Shown here: in pieces, positions 31,341 to 40,159 of the stretch | Layout of the letters: the number at the start of each line of letters is the position of its first letter | How positions within the stretch are numbered: position 1 is the stretch's first letter | Source of the DNA: an uncultured Clostridia bacterium | GTDB taxonomy: Bacteria > Bacillota > Clostridia > Christensenellales > Borkfalkiaceae | DNA length: 64,000 bases | Direction: 5' to 3' | Assembly: GCA_947624225.1 (NCBI GenBank) | Contig: CANQJF010000002.1 | Coordinates: 17,347 to 81,346 of the forward strand | Position numbers and translations under genes: made by a program | The notes under the pieces: generated by a model | What the model was told of the DNA's origin: nothing | Databases searched by the model: none | What the model saw: the letters and a program-made list of their open reading frames with translations, nothing else

Positions 31341-32120
31341 TCAAACTTCATACCACACCCCTTCCTCGGGTATGATCGTGCGTGCCTCGGGAAGGGATTT
31401 TTTTACGGTCGGAACAAATTTCTTGACGTTCATCCGATGCGTGTAGGGCGGGAAAGCGTTGTCGAAGTGGTCGATCATCACGCCTTTCGGCTCAAACAGC
31501 GGGAGGAATTTCTTCAAATAGCGGTGCATGCCCGTGCGCCCCTGGTAGGGAAAGATCATGAGATCGCACCCCTTGGGATACTTCTCATCCCCTTGGTAGC
31601 CCGCCGAGCCGAGGATCATGACGCGGCTGCCGCCGTCCGACACCTCAATCGCATAAATATCGCCGTAAATGCGGTAGCGCTTGGTCTCCTCGATGCGCTT
31701 GACCCCGGGCTTAAAATATTTGAAATAGGTCTTGGGCGAGAGGGCCACGCCGAGCACCGTCCAAAGGTCGAAAATGCAGTGACGGCTCCGATAAGTTTTC
31801 ACGGTAAAAGGCCCCACTTCGAAGCGCTCATCCGCGGACATGGGTACCATGCAATCGGTGTTGCACCCATTTTCCCGTGCAATGCGGATGCCGTTTTCGG
31901 AGACATAGACGCGCCGCACGCCGCCCTCTCTCGTGAAAGCGTCGATGTCGATGAAATGGTCGAAATGCGGATGCGTGATGAAGATGGCGTCTGCCGTTCT
32001 TGCCTCCGCGACATCCACGGGCGAGAGCGCGGGATTGCGCCTTAAATACGGGTCGAAAAGAAGGCGCGTTTCTCCGCTTTCGAGAAGAAGCGAGGCCGTG
32101 CCATACCATTTGATTTTCAT
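31341..32120 (-). CDS. MBL-fold metallo-hydrolase
   Basis: From ATG 32120: MKIKWYGTASLLLESGETRLLFDPY...ADAIFITHPHFDHF (HxHxDH motif). Confidence 0.78.
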   Translation of the reverse strand: MKIKWYGTASLLLESGETRLLFDPYLRRNPALSPVDVAEARTADAIFITHPHFDHFIDIDAFTREGGVRRVYVSENGIRIARENGCNTDCMVPMSADERFEVGPFTVKTYRSRHCIFDLWTVLGVALSPKTYFKYFKPGVKRIEETKRYRIYGDIYAIEVSDGGSRVMILGSAGYQGDEKYPKGCDLMIFPYQGRTGMHRYLKKFLPLFEPKGVMIDHFDNAFPPYTHRMNVKKFVPTVKKSLPEARTIIPEEGVWYEV

Positions 32121-32217
32121 TTGCAACTCCCAATTGCCCTCATTATAGCACATTGCAAAGTGATTGACAAGGCTTTCGCCTCAGAGAATATGAAAAAATC
32201 CTCCCGCAAGGAAGGAT

Positions 32218-32430
32218 TCACTCCCGCATATCGAAGAGTTCGTTCGGCGTGATGTCGAGCAGTTTGCAGAGCGCGAGGATCTGTTCATAATTCAATTGAA
32301 AGATGCCGTTTTCAAAGCGGCTATACTGCTGTTGCGTCATGAGCATCTTCATTGCCACTTCTTTTTGCGTGAGGCCTGCATCCCTCCGCGCCTGTTTCAA
32401 ATTTTCACCCACCCTTTTTGCCGCTTCCAT
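32218..32430 (-). CDS. XRE-family HTH transcriptional regulator
   Basis: 70 aa. LKQARRDAGLTQKEVAMKMLMTQQQYSRFENG is a classical Cro/C1 HTH. Confidence 0.82.
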   Translation of the reverse strand: MEAAKRVGENLKQARRDAGLTQKEVAMKMLMTQQQYSRFENGIFQLNYEQILALCKLLDITPNELFDMRE

Positions 32431-32449
32431 GTTAGGTTTATTACCACAA

Positions 32450-32493
32450 AGTGATGTAAAATTCTTGACTTACATCATTTAGTGATGTAAAAT
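32450..32493 (+). promoter_or_regulatory. Promoter of the collagen/BspA gene with repeated operator half-sites
   Basis: TTGACT (32465-32470), 17-nt spacer, TAAAAT (32488-32493). AGTGATGTAAAAT is repeated at 32450-32462 and 32481-32493, with an inverted TTACATCAT at 32470-32478. Confidence 0.6.
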
Positions 32494-32526
32494 ATATGGT
32501 AGAAATCATATTCTCAGGAGGACATC

Positions 32527-35500
32527 ATGAAAAAACTTCGTGCACTATTGGTTATGCTCTTTGCGCTCTGTCTCTGTCTCGGGATCGCGGCCTGTGACCT
32601 CGACATTCAGACAGGGAACAAAGACAAAGATGAGGTGTGGACAATCGAGCGCGTCTATTCCACCGCCAAAGAGCTTGGTTTCGAGGGTTCACTCGAAGAT
32701 TTGATCGCCGAATTCAAGGGCGAACGAGGTGCCGACGGTATAAACGGCACCGATGGCCAAGACGGCAAGGACGGAAAAGACGGCGCCGACGGCAAAAACG
32801 GCATCGGAATCAAAAAAATCTATGTCAACGAGAACGACGAGCTCATCGTGGAACTCACTGAGGGAGCCCCCATCAATCTTGGCATCGTAAAGGGACTCAA
32901 AGGTGACCAAGGTGAGCCCGGAGACAAAGGTGCCAAGGGCGATCAAGGCGAACCCGGGGAGAAAGGCGAAAAGGGCGACCCGGGCGAACCCGGCCAAGAT
33001 GGCAAGAGCGCCTATGACATTTGGAAGGAAAACGGCCACACGGGCACGGAGGAAGATTTTCTTACATGGCTCCGGGGGGACGATTCGGCGAATCTCCGCT
33101 TTGTGCTCAACCACGATAAGACAGAATACATCGTCGGCGGCATCGGGGACTATGAGAGTGTAGACGTCGTCATACCTACCCAATATAAAGACAAGCCGGT
33201 TACCTCAATTGCCGCAAGAGCGTTTTCCGGCAATACTTTCATAGAATCGGTGTATATCCCCGATAGCATCAAGTGCATCGGCGATTCTGCATTTAACGGC
33301 TGCTCGAATCTTTCGACCATCGATATTTCCGACGAGGTGACCTCGATTGGTTTCAAGGCATTTGAGGAGACGGCGTACGTTCAGGATCCCAAAAACTTGG
33401 ACGAGGACAATGTAATCTATATTGGGAATCATTTAATCGAAGCATCTTCTGTACCATCAATGTACACCGTTCGCAAGGGCACCAAGACCATTGCGGGAGG
33501 AGCATTTGACAAAAATCACGGCACGCTACAAACTGTTCACCTCCCGGACAGCGTGGTCTCAATCGGAACGGAAGCATTTTATTCATGCACATTGAGAAGT
33601 ATTACCCTCGGCAACGGTCTGCTTTCAATCGGAGATCGGGCTTTTTGGGGATGTCAACTTGTTGATATGCCCGAATTGAAGATTCCGGACAGCGTGACCG
33701 AAATCGGTTCGGGCGCGTTTGCGTATTGCATCGGACTGACGCGTATTTCCATCGGGAAAAGCGTAACCTCAATGGGCGATAAAGCGTTCGAGTCCTGTAA
33801 CCAGATCGAAGAATATATTGTAAATACAGAAAACTCCGTATATAGCAGTCATGATAAAATTTTGTATGATAAGGCTCAAATGAGGATTATCTGTGCACCG
33901 TATATGATCAAGGGCGAACTTGTCATTCCCGATAGCGTGACCGAAATCGACAGTAATGCTTTTTATGGGTGTAGCGGGCTCATAGGGACTTTAAAGATCC
34001 CCGATAATGTGACAAAAATCGGAGATTCTGCATTCTATGGATGTAGCGGATTGACCGAGCTAATCATCGGCAAAGGGCTCCGACGAATAGGAAATAGAGT
34101 ATTCGAATTCTGTTCGGGATTGCTAGGCGAGTTAAAAATTCCCGATAACGTGACTTCCATAGGAGAGGAGGCATTCTCCCAATGTAGTGCAACAAGCGTT
34201 TCCATTGGGAACGGCGTGACCGAAATTCAAGCATCGGCATTTTACATGTGCCGCAATCTAACAGGCGAGTTGAAAATCCCCGATAACGTGACCAAGATCG
34301 GAGATTGTGCATTCGCCGAATGTAGTGCGCTGACGAGCATTTCCACCGGGAACGGCGTGACCGAAATCTGTTCGGGTGCATTTTCGTATTGCGACGAACT
34401 GACGCGCATTTCCATCGGGAAAGGCGTAACCTCAATTGGGTATGCTGCGTTCGAAGATTGCAGCAGACTTAAAGAATTCATTGTGGATGCAGAGAACGCT
34501 ACTTACAGCAGTCGGGGCAACATTTTATATGATAGGGCGCAAACAAAAATCATCTATGTTCCGCGTACAATCGAGGGTACACTCATCCTGCCGGATACTT
34601 TGACTGAAATCGGTACCGGAGTATTCGATGGGTGTAGCGGACTCATAGGAGCATTAAAGATCCCCGATAATGTGACCAAGATCGGAGATTCCGCATTCTC
34701 CGGATGCGGCGGATTGACCGAGCTAATCATCGGCCAAAATGTCAAGAAAATAGGCTTCTATGCGTTCTACGGCTGCACTGGGCTAATGGGTGAATTGCGT
34801 ATCCCCGATAGCGTGACTTTTATCGATTCCGGCGCATTCCAAGATTGTACCGGATTGACAAGTGTCAAAATCGGAAACGGCTTGACTGAAATCGGCTCTC
34901 AGGCATTCAATGGTTGCAATATGCTCGAAAAAATCATCGTGGATGGGAAAAACACCGCTTTTAGCGCTCAAGACGGCATTTTATATGACAAAGCCCAAAC
35001 TCAAATCCTCCTTGTGCCACGGATGATTGCGGGCGATCTCATCTTACCGGAGGCTCTAATTGAAATCAGCGACAACGCATTTTCTTTGCGCAGTGAACTG
35101 ACAAGCGTTGTCATCGGCAATCACGTCGAGATAATAGGCAATGAGGCCTTCTCCTATTGTATCGGGCTGACAAGCGTCGTCATCGGTGATAACGTCGAGA
35201 TAATAGGATATCAAGCCTTCTCGCATTGTCACGGACTGACAAACGTTGTAATCGGCGATAGCGTCACAACAATAGGGTCGCGTGCTTTTGAGAACTGCAT
35301 TGAACTTGCGGAAATCACCTTTGGTAAAAATGTAACCACTTTGGAATGGGGTGCGTTCGCGAACTGCAACAACTTAACAAAAATTCACTTCAAAGGTACC
35401 ATGGATGAATGGAAAACCATGGAGGGAAAATGGATGGAAGATTGGGATAGTTTCTTATATGACTACACCGTGGAGTGCAACAACGGAACCCTCGGGAGAG

Positions 35501-35532
35501 ATGGCTCCGAAATCTTTCCCCAAGATCCCTAA
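32527..35532 (+). CDS. Surface lipoprotein with a collagen-like G-X-Y region and BspA-type leucine-rich repeats
   Basis: Lipobox MKKLRALLVMLFALCLCLGIAAC. G-X-Y runs (GERGADGINGTDGQDGKDGKDGADGKNG; GLKGDQGEPGDKGAKGDQGEPGEKGEKGDPGEPGQDG). More than 25 repeats of the IPDSVTxIGxxAFxxCxxLTSI type. Confidence 0.85.
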   Translation: MKKLRALLVMLFALCLCLGIAACDLDIQTGNKDKDEVWTIERVYSTAKELGFEGSLEDLIAEFKGERGADGINGTDGQDGKDGKDGADGKNGIGIKKIYVNENDELIVELTEGAPINLGIVKGLKGDQGEPGDKGAKGDQGEPGEKGEKGDPGEPGQDGKSAYDIWKENGHTGTEEDFLTWLRGDDSANLRFVLNHDKTEYIVGGIGDYESVDVVIPTQYKDKPVTSIAARAFSGNTFIESVYIPDSIKCIGDSAFNGCSNLSTIDISDEVTSIGFKAFEETAYVQDPKNLDEDNVIYIGNHLIEASSVPSMYTVRKGTKTIAGGAFDKNHGTLQTVHLPDSVVSIGTEAFYSCTLRSITLGNGLLSIGDRAFWGCQLVDMPELKIPDSVTEIGSGAFAYCIGLTRISIGKSVTSMGDKAFESCNQIEEYIVNTENSVYSSHDKILYDKAQMRIICAPYMIKGELVIPDSVTEIDSNAFYGCSGLIGTLKIPDNVTKIGDSAFYGCSGLTELIIGKGLRRIGNRVFEFCSGLLGELKIPDNVTSIGEEAFSQCSATSVSIGNGVTEIQASAFYMCRNLTGELKIPDNVTKIGDCAFAECSALTSISTGNGVTEICSGAFSYCDELTRISIGKGVTSIGYAAFEDCSRLKEFIVDAENATYSSRGNILYDRAQTKIIYVPRTIEGTLILPDTLTEIGTGVFDGCSGLIGALKIPDNVTKIGDSAFSGCGGLTELIIGQNVKKIGFYAFYGCTGLMGELRIPDSVTFIDSGAFQDCTGLTSVKIGNGLTEIGSQAFNGCNMLEKIIVDGKNTAFSAQDGILYDKAQTQILLVPRMIAGDLILPEALIEISDNAFSLRSELTSVVIGNHVEIIGNEAFSYCIGLTSVVIGDNVEIIGYQAFSHCHGLTNVVIGDSVTTIGSRAFENCIELAEITFGKNVTTLEWGAFANCNNLTKIHFKGTMDEWKTMEGKWMEDWDSFLYDYTVECNNGTLGRDGSEIFPQDP

Positions 35533-35577
35533 GCCCCACAGAGCCTTGAAGCAAACACTTTGAGCTCCTAAAATAGT

Positions 35578-35612
35578 TGCGCGCCGCACGGCTTGTTGCC
35601 GTGCGGCGCGTC
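35578..35612. terminator. Hairpin terminator between the convergent BspA and MATE genes
   Basis: GCGCGCCGCACGGC-ttgt-TGCCGTGCGGCGCG followed by TCTTT. Confidence 0.65.
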
Positions 35613-35666
35613 TTTCTATCCGTTTCTATCCGTTTCTATCCGTGTCTCTATCGTTACATTTCTATC
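35613..35666. repeat. 10-bp tandem repeat TTTCTATCCG (3 perfect plus about 2 degenerate units)
   Basis: Read directly: tttctatccg tttctatccg tttctatccg tgtctctatcg ttaca tttctatc. Confidence 0.8.
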
Positions 35667-35691
35667 TTATTTCCCCTTGTCTCTTACTACA

Positions 35692-37103
35692 TCAAGTTTG
35701 AAGAGAAGAACCCGCCGTGATTTCTTTTTCTTGCGAGCCGAGTTTTTTCCACACCCATACCATGACAGGCAGAGTGATGAGGATCGCCGCTGCGTCTGCA
35801 ATGGGAGCTGCCCACGCTACGCCCATGACGCCGAGCCCGAGGGGAACGAGGAACGCGAAGAGTATCAACAGAATATCCCGAAGAAACGCGAGCGGCGCGG
35901 CGAGCTTTGCGCGCCCGATAGACTGCAAAAAGATGGAACAGACCTTTTGCAGACAGGTAAACACGATGAACATCAAGTAGATCCTGAGGCAGGGAATTGC
36001 AAATTGCATATAAAGTTCGGTATCGAGCCCCTCTGAGCCTCCTCCTGCGCCAAACATGGAGATGAACGCACGGGGAAGCGCCTCAAACAGAACGGTAAAC
36101 ACGAGACAAATTCCCGCCGTCCATAGGAGAACAAGTTTTAAGAGCTGTTTCACTCTGCCATATTGTTTTGCACCGTAATTATATCCGACAATGGGCTGTG
36201 CGCCCGCGGCGATCCCAATCGCCACATTGAGCACGATCTGGAAGAGTTTCATGATGACGACGAATGCCGCAAGCGGAATATCTGCCCCGAACTCGCTCGC
36301 CATACCGTAACGCACAAACAGTACGTTATTGACAATCGTCGTGGCGACGATGCAAAGCTGTGTGAGAAAACTCGACGTGCCGAGTGCCATGATTTTAGGC
36401 AGAATTTTGAAGTCGGGGACAAAACTATGCCATTGGATCTTGAAAGTTTTGCTTCGCACGAGATAGCAAGCACAGATGACAAAACTGACAAACTGCCCGA
36501 GAATCGTCGCATAAGCCGCCCCTTGGATGCCGAGATCGAGTGCATAAATGGCGACGGGATCGCCGATGATATTGAGGACTGCACCCACGATCATAGCGAA
36601 CATGGCATATCCTGGCGCGCCATCGGCACGGATAATTGCCGCGAGACAGTTCTGCACGAGCGCAAGCGGCATCATGGCATAGATGATCGTGCCATAATCA
36701 TGTGCAAGGGAGATGTTTGCCTCCGTTCCCCCGAGGAGCATCAAGAGGTTATCACCCCAAAGATAGGCAATGAGAATGACGAATGAGCCCGATAAAAAGG
36801 AAGCGAGCATGGCGTTCCCGACGCCGCGGTGGATATTTTCGCCTTTCCCCTCACCTAAGGAGACGGAGAGCCATGCCGCCGCCCCATCCCCGAAGAACAG
36901 GGAAAGCCCCCACCCGACGACCGTGATCGGGAAGATGACGCCCGTTGCCGCATTGCCCAAGTACCCCACCTTGCTATTGCCGACAAAGATCTGGTCTACA
37001 ATGTTGTAGAGACAGGAAATGATGAGGGAAAGAATACACGGAACGGCAAACTTTACGAGAAGTTTCCCAACCTTTTCTTTGCCGAGATGTCACTGTTTTC
37101 CAT
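35692..37103 (-). pseudogene. MATE family efflux transporter with a frameshift about 5 codons after the start
   Basis: GGAGG RBS plus ATG 37103 gives MENSD..., which terminates after 16 codons. The -1 frame continues HLGKEKVGKLLVKFAVPCILSLIISCLYNIVDQIFVGNSKVGYLGNAATG..., which is the normal MATE N-terminus. The remaining 425 aa are intact. Confidence 0.7.
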
Positions 37104-37155
37104 AAAAAACCTCCAAAAAAGAGCAAAACGGCACAAAACTACGCGTGCCGCCAAC

Positions 37156-37226
37156 AAAAAAACGACACTCCTAAGCGCTTGCGTACCGTAATCAGATTTA
37201 CGCGCATGGGCGCCACATGTGTCGTT
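37156..37226 (-). terminator. Long imperfect hairpin plus U7 inside the MATE 5' leader (attenuator candidate)
   Basis: Minus strand: AACGACAC...(inner stems GGCGC/GCGCU, UGCG/CGCA, CGUAA/UUACG)...GUGUCGUUUUUUU. It lies between the promoter and the RBS. Confidence 0.5.
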
Positions 37227-37249
37227 AAGCTCAATGAAATTATGCCGAT

Positions 37250-37278
37250 ATTTTATCAAAATCCGCCGGAATTGTCAA
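37250..37278 (-). promoter_or_regulatory. Sigma-A-type promoter for the MATE gene
   Basis: Minus strand: TTGACA (37273-37278), 17-nt spacer, TAAAAT (37250-37255). Confidence 0.55.
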
Positions 37279-37565
37279 GCAAATTTCGCATATTTTCCTG
37301 CTTCATCAAGTTTAATTAAAATAACTCCGCGCGACAACGAGAATCTGTCAAATATCGCGGAACTCCGCGAGAAAAATTTTTACCCGCTTCTTTGATCAAG
37401 GGCAGAACAAAGTGTCCCAAGGTAACCGCGGTAAAGTTTTTGCGAAAGGGCAGGCATTACTTTGTCTGAGTTTTTTGACAGGGATTACTTCAATACCCCG
37501 GAGGATGATGAATAACACAAAGACCCGAAATCCGTGAGGACATCGGGCCTTTTTTCTTCAACTTC

Positions 37566-38813
37566 TTATTTCCCCTTGACGCGGGCGACGTCGACGTTGT
37601 CTTTCTTGCGGTCGGCAAGCGCCTTAACGGGGTGATCGGGATTCTGGATGCGGTAGTCCTGCCCGAGCTTGGCAATGGCCTTTTCGATGACGGTGTGCGT
37701 CCCCACCGACGTGGGCTTGCCGTTGATCTTGGAATTGTAGCCGAAATAGCGGAAGCTATCGGGCACCTTGTCGAGCTCTTCCCAGCCCTCCTCTACGCCC
37801 GTGAGCCGCACGCTCTTCAAAACCCCGCGGATATACTCCTTCTGCGGACGGAGCTTTAATAGTTCGGGGAACTCCCCGCCCTCGGGGAGCACCTGCTGCC
37901 ACACCTTGCCCTCATAGGTTTTGAGCAGATCGGCCGCCTCGTGAAGGTGCGCCACTTCCTCCTCGAAATGCTGTTCCCAAATGGCCTTGATGCGCTCGTC
38001 TTTCTCATCTTCATAGCATGAATAATAGAGGTAACACTCGGTGTATTCATTCATTAAGAGACACTCAAACTCGGACATGGTAGGGTCCTTTAAGCTCCCG
38101 TATCCCGTGACGTGCTGTTCCTCGATCATTGCGATCTCGTTGTAGAGTTTGCGCCCCAAGGGGCTCGCATAGAGGTTGGCGACGTTCATATAGAAGTTCA
38201 TCGTCTGCTGTTCGGCGCCCGTGATGATGTTGATGTTGAGCTTGGTTTTGAGATCGTTGAGATAGTTGTTGATATAGAAGTCGACGTCGTCGTCCGGATG
38301 GCGATATTCGGCGACGGTCGGCCGCCCCGGCATGATCTCGGTGTAACTGCCGACAAGCCGCTTGGGATCCCCGCCCTTTTCGAGCTCCATGAGGTCGGAA
38401 TAGCGGTAGAGGTGGTCGAAATCTTCGAGGAGGGCGAAATCCAGTTGCTTCTTCACATAGGAATTCTTCTCCGTGATGGCGAGATTGGCGGTGAGGTCGA
38501 CAGCGAGCTGTTCATAGCCGATGGTGTGTTCCAAGATGGTCTCGTTTGCGGGTTTTAAGGCGGCCACGCGCTTTTGTTGGATCTGCTCTCCGCGGCGGAT
38601 GCGCGCAAGACGGCGCCGCACGTCGTTGTTGGCGCACATGCGGGTGAACGAATGCCCGAGGCGCACGCTCTCGAACTCCGTGCCGGACATGAGGATGACG
38701 CGCGTTCGCGTGTAGGGATCGACGGCGTTCTTGTCGTAAGGCTTGACGAGCACTTTGTTCCAATTGGTAAAGATCTTGTCCGCTTTCTGCGGCTTCAATT
38801 CAAACGGATTCAT
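37566..38813 (-). CDS. Ferritin-like (di-iron ExxH motifs) protein of unknown function
   Basis: From ATG 38813 (RBS AAGGAGG): MNPFELKPQKADKIF... It contains IEEQHVTGY and EEEVAHLHEA motifs. I do not recognise a named family. Confidence 0.6.
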   Translation of the reverse strand: MNPFELKPQKADKIFTNWNKVLVKPYDKNAVDPYTRTRVILMSGTEFESVRLGHSFTRMCANNDVRRRLARIRRGEQIQQKRVAALKPANETILEHTIGYEQLAVDLTANLAITEKNSYVKKQLDFALLEDFDHLYRYSDLMELEKGGDPKRLVGSYTEIMPGRPTVAEYRHPDDDVDFYINNYLNDLKTKLNINIITGAEQQTMNFYMNVANLYASPLGRKLYNEIAMIEEQHVTGYGSLKDPTMSEFECLLMNEYTECYLYYSCYEDEKDERIKAIWEQHFEEEVAHLHEAADLLKTYEGKVWQQVLPEGGEFPELLKLRPQKEYIRGVLKSVRLTGVEEGWEELDKVPDSFRYFGYNSKINGKPTSVGTHTVIEKAIAKLGQDYRIQNPDHPVKALADRKKDNVDVARVKGK

Positions 38814-38868
38814 TTGAACCTCCTTTTGCGAAGGTTGTTCCCTTTCGCGAAAAGAAGTATTCATCCAT

Positions 38869-38897
38869 TTGCCAAGCCGCGAAAAATATGTTATAAT
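38869..38897 (+). promoter_or_regulatory. Near-consensus extended -10 promoter driving the non-coding region upstream of mtnN
   Basis: TTGCCA (38869-38874), 17-nt spacer, TGtTATAAT (38889-38897). Confidence 0.55.
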
Positions 38898-38904
38898 GAT
38901 TTAC

Positions 38905-39300
38905 GGTGGAGCCCGTGTGTCCGTCATTTGGGGACGGCTACTTCGCGCCACGCGCTCGTGTCGACCTAGTAGCACAATCAGAGCCTCGGTCGGTCGAAAT
39001 GTTGTACTACCAAGCGTGGTCGCAATAAGATTTCTCGCGGATGAGCAATCCGTTGATACTCAAACCCTGTCGGCTCGAAATGACATACTTCGGACATGGT
39101 CCACAGAAAACACAAGGTCGACGAAGTAGCGCGCCGCAAATGTGTGCTGCGGGGAACCGTTAAAACGCATAGTTGCAAGCGGGACGAGGAGAACGCGGCT
39201 TTCCGATGGGGAGTGTACTATGGACGTACATGACCCGAGGAAAACGCAAGGTCGACGAAGTAGCGCGCCGCAAATGTGCGTTTCGCATAATGAAAACAGA
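38905..39300 (+). ncRNA. Candidate structured leader/ncRNA with a duplicated 3' arm (unclassified)
   Basis: The 5' arm GCTACTTCG...TCGACCT (38937-38967) is complementary to AGGTCGACGAAGTAGC at 39115-39130 and again at 39249-39264. A 51-nt direct repeat spans 39094-39144 and 39228-39278 (45/51 identical). No ORF here has an RBS. Confidence 0.35.
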
Positions 39301-39310
39301 GAGGTATATT

Positions 39311-39970
39311 ATGATTGGTTGTGTCATCGCCATGGACCGCGAAGCCGAGCTCCTGCTCGAAAGCATGGAGCTGGAAAATATCCGCACGATGTTCGGAAAG
39401 ACGATGCACATCGGGAAAGCATTCGGGCAAGACGTTGCGCTCGTCGTCTGCGGGGTGGGCAAGGTGAATGCCGCCGCGGGGACGTGTGCCGCCATCGCAC
39501 AGGGGGCAGACCTTGTGTTAAACTTTGGCGTGGCGGGCGGTCTGAAAGCGGAGCGCACGGAGGTCGGCGAGATGTATCTCATCGACAGGGCCGTGCAATA
39601 CGACTTCGATTGCACCCAACTCAACGGCTTGCCCATCGGCACGCTCGACGGGGAGACGGAAAACTTTCTCCCCCTCTTCTGCCCGCCCTCTCTCCGGCTC
39701 CCCCGGAGGGCGCTCGGCACGGGAGACCGCTTCAACGATTCTCCCGCCGATCATGCCCTGCTGCTCGAACTCGGCTGCGACATCCGCGAGATGGAGGCAG
39801 GCGCCATGGCCGAGGTGTGCAAGTATGCGGGCGTGCCTTTCTGCTCCGTAAAGGCCATCTCCGACGTGTACGGCTCGGGCTCGACGACCGAGCAATTCCG
39901 CAAGAACTGCAAAATCGCCCTGCTCGAACTCAAATCCAACCTCAAAGAAATTTTTCAAAGTTTGCAATAA
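39311..39970 (+). CDS. mtnN: 5'-methylthioadenosine/S-adenosylhomocysteine nucleosidase
   Basis: From ATG 39311: MIGCVIAMDREAELLLESM..., VVCGVGKVNAAAGT, GTGDRF, EMEAGAMAEVC. Confidence 0.85.
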   Translation: MIGCVIAMDREAELLLESMELENIRTMFGKTMHIGKAFGQDVALVVCGVGKVNAAAGTCAAIAQGADLVLNFGVAGGLKAERTEVGEMYLIDRAVQYDFDCTQLNGLPIGTLDGETENFLPLFCPPSLRLPRRALGTGDRFNDSPADHALLLELGCDIREMEAGAMAEVCKYAGVPFCSVKAISDVYGSGSTTEQFRKNCKIALLELKSNLKEIFQSLQ

Positions 39971-40159
39971 AACCCTCTTTGAAAAAAGCCCGCACGCGGG
40001 GGCAAACCACGGCGCCGCGCTCCGTTTCTATTGGAAAGCGGCGCTCTGCGCGTTCGATCTCAAACAAATCGGATATTTCCGTTTTAAGGAGATGGGCAGA
40101 AAAAGGGCGCCGAAAAGGCAGGCGCTTTGCAGCCCAAGAACGAATAAGGAGAAACATCT

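Noticed and set aside
35613-35666. A CRISPR array
   Set aside because: The units are 10 bp with no spacers, there are only about 5 of them, and there are no cas genes.
38905-39300. tmRNA, RNase P, SRP or 6S RNA, SAM riboswitch or T-box as the identity of the structured region (it contains GGGGACGG near its 5' end)
   Set aside because: It has no tRNA-like 3' end (GGUUCGA...CCA) and no tag ORF. It has no GAGGAAAGUCC (RNase P) and no GGUCCGGAAGGAAGCAGC (SRP). It has no S-box core and no T-box or specifier features. A 6S-like fold cannot be excluded but is not supported by the duplicated arm.
38869-39300. A retron-like msr/msd (inverted repeats flanking a structured RNA)
   Set aside because: There is no reverse transcriptase gene in the window, and the next gene is mtnN.
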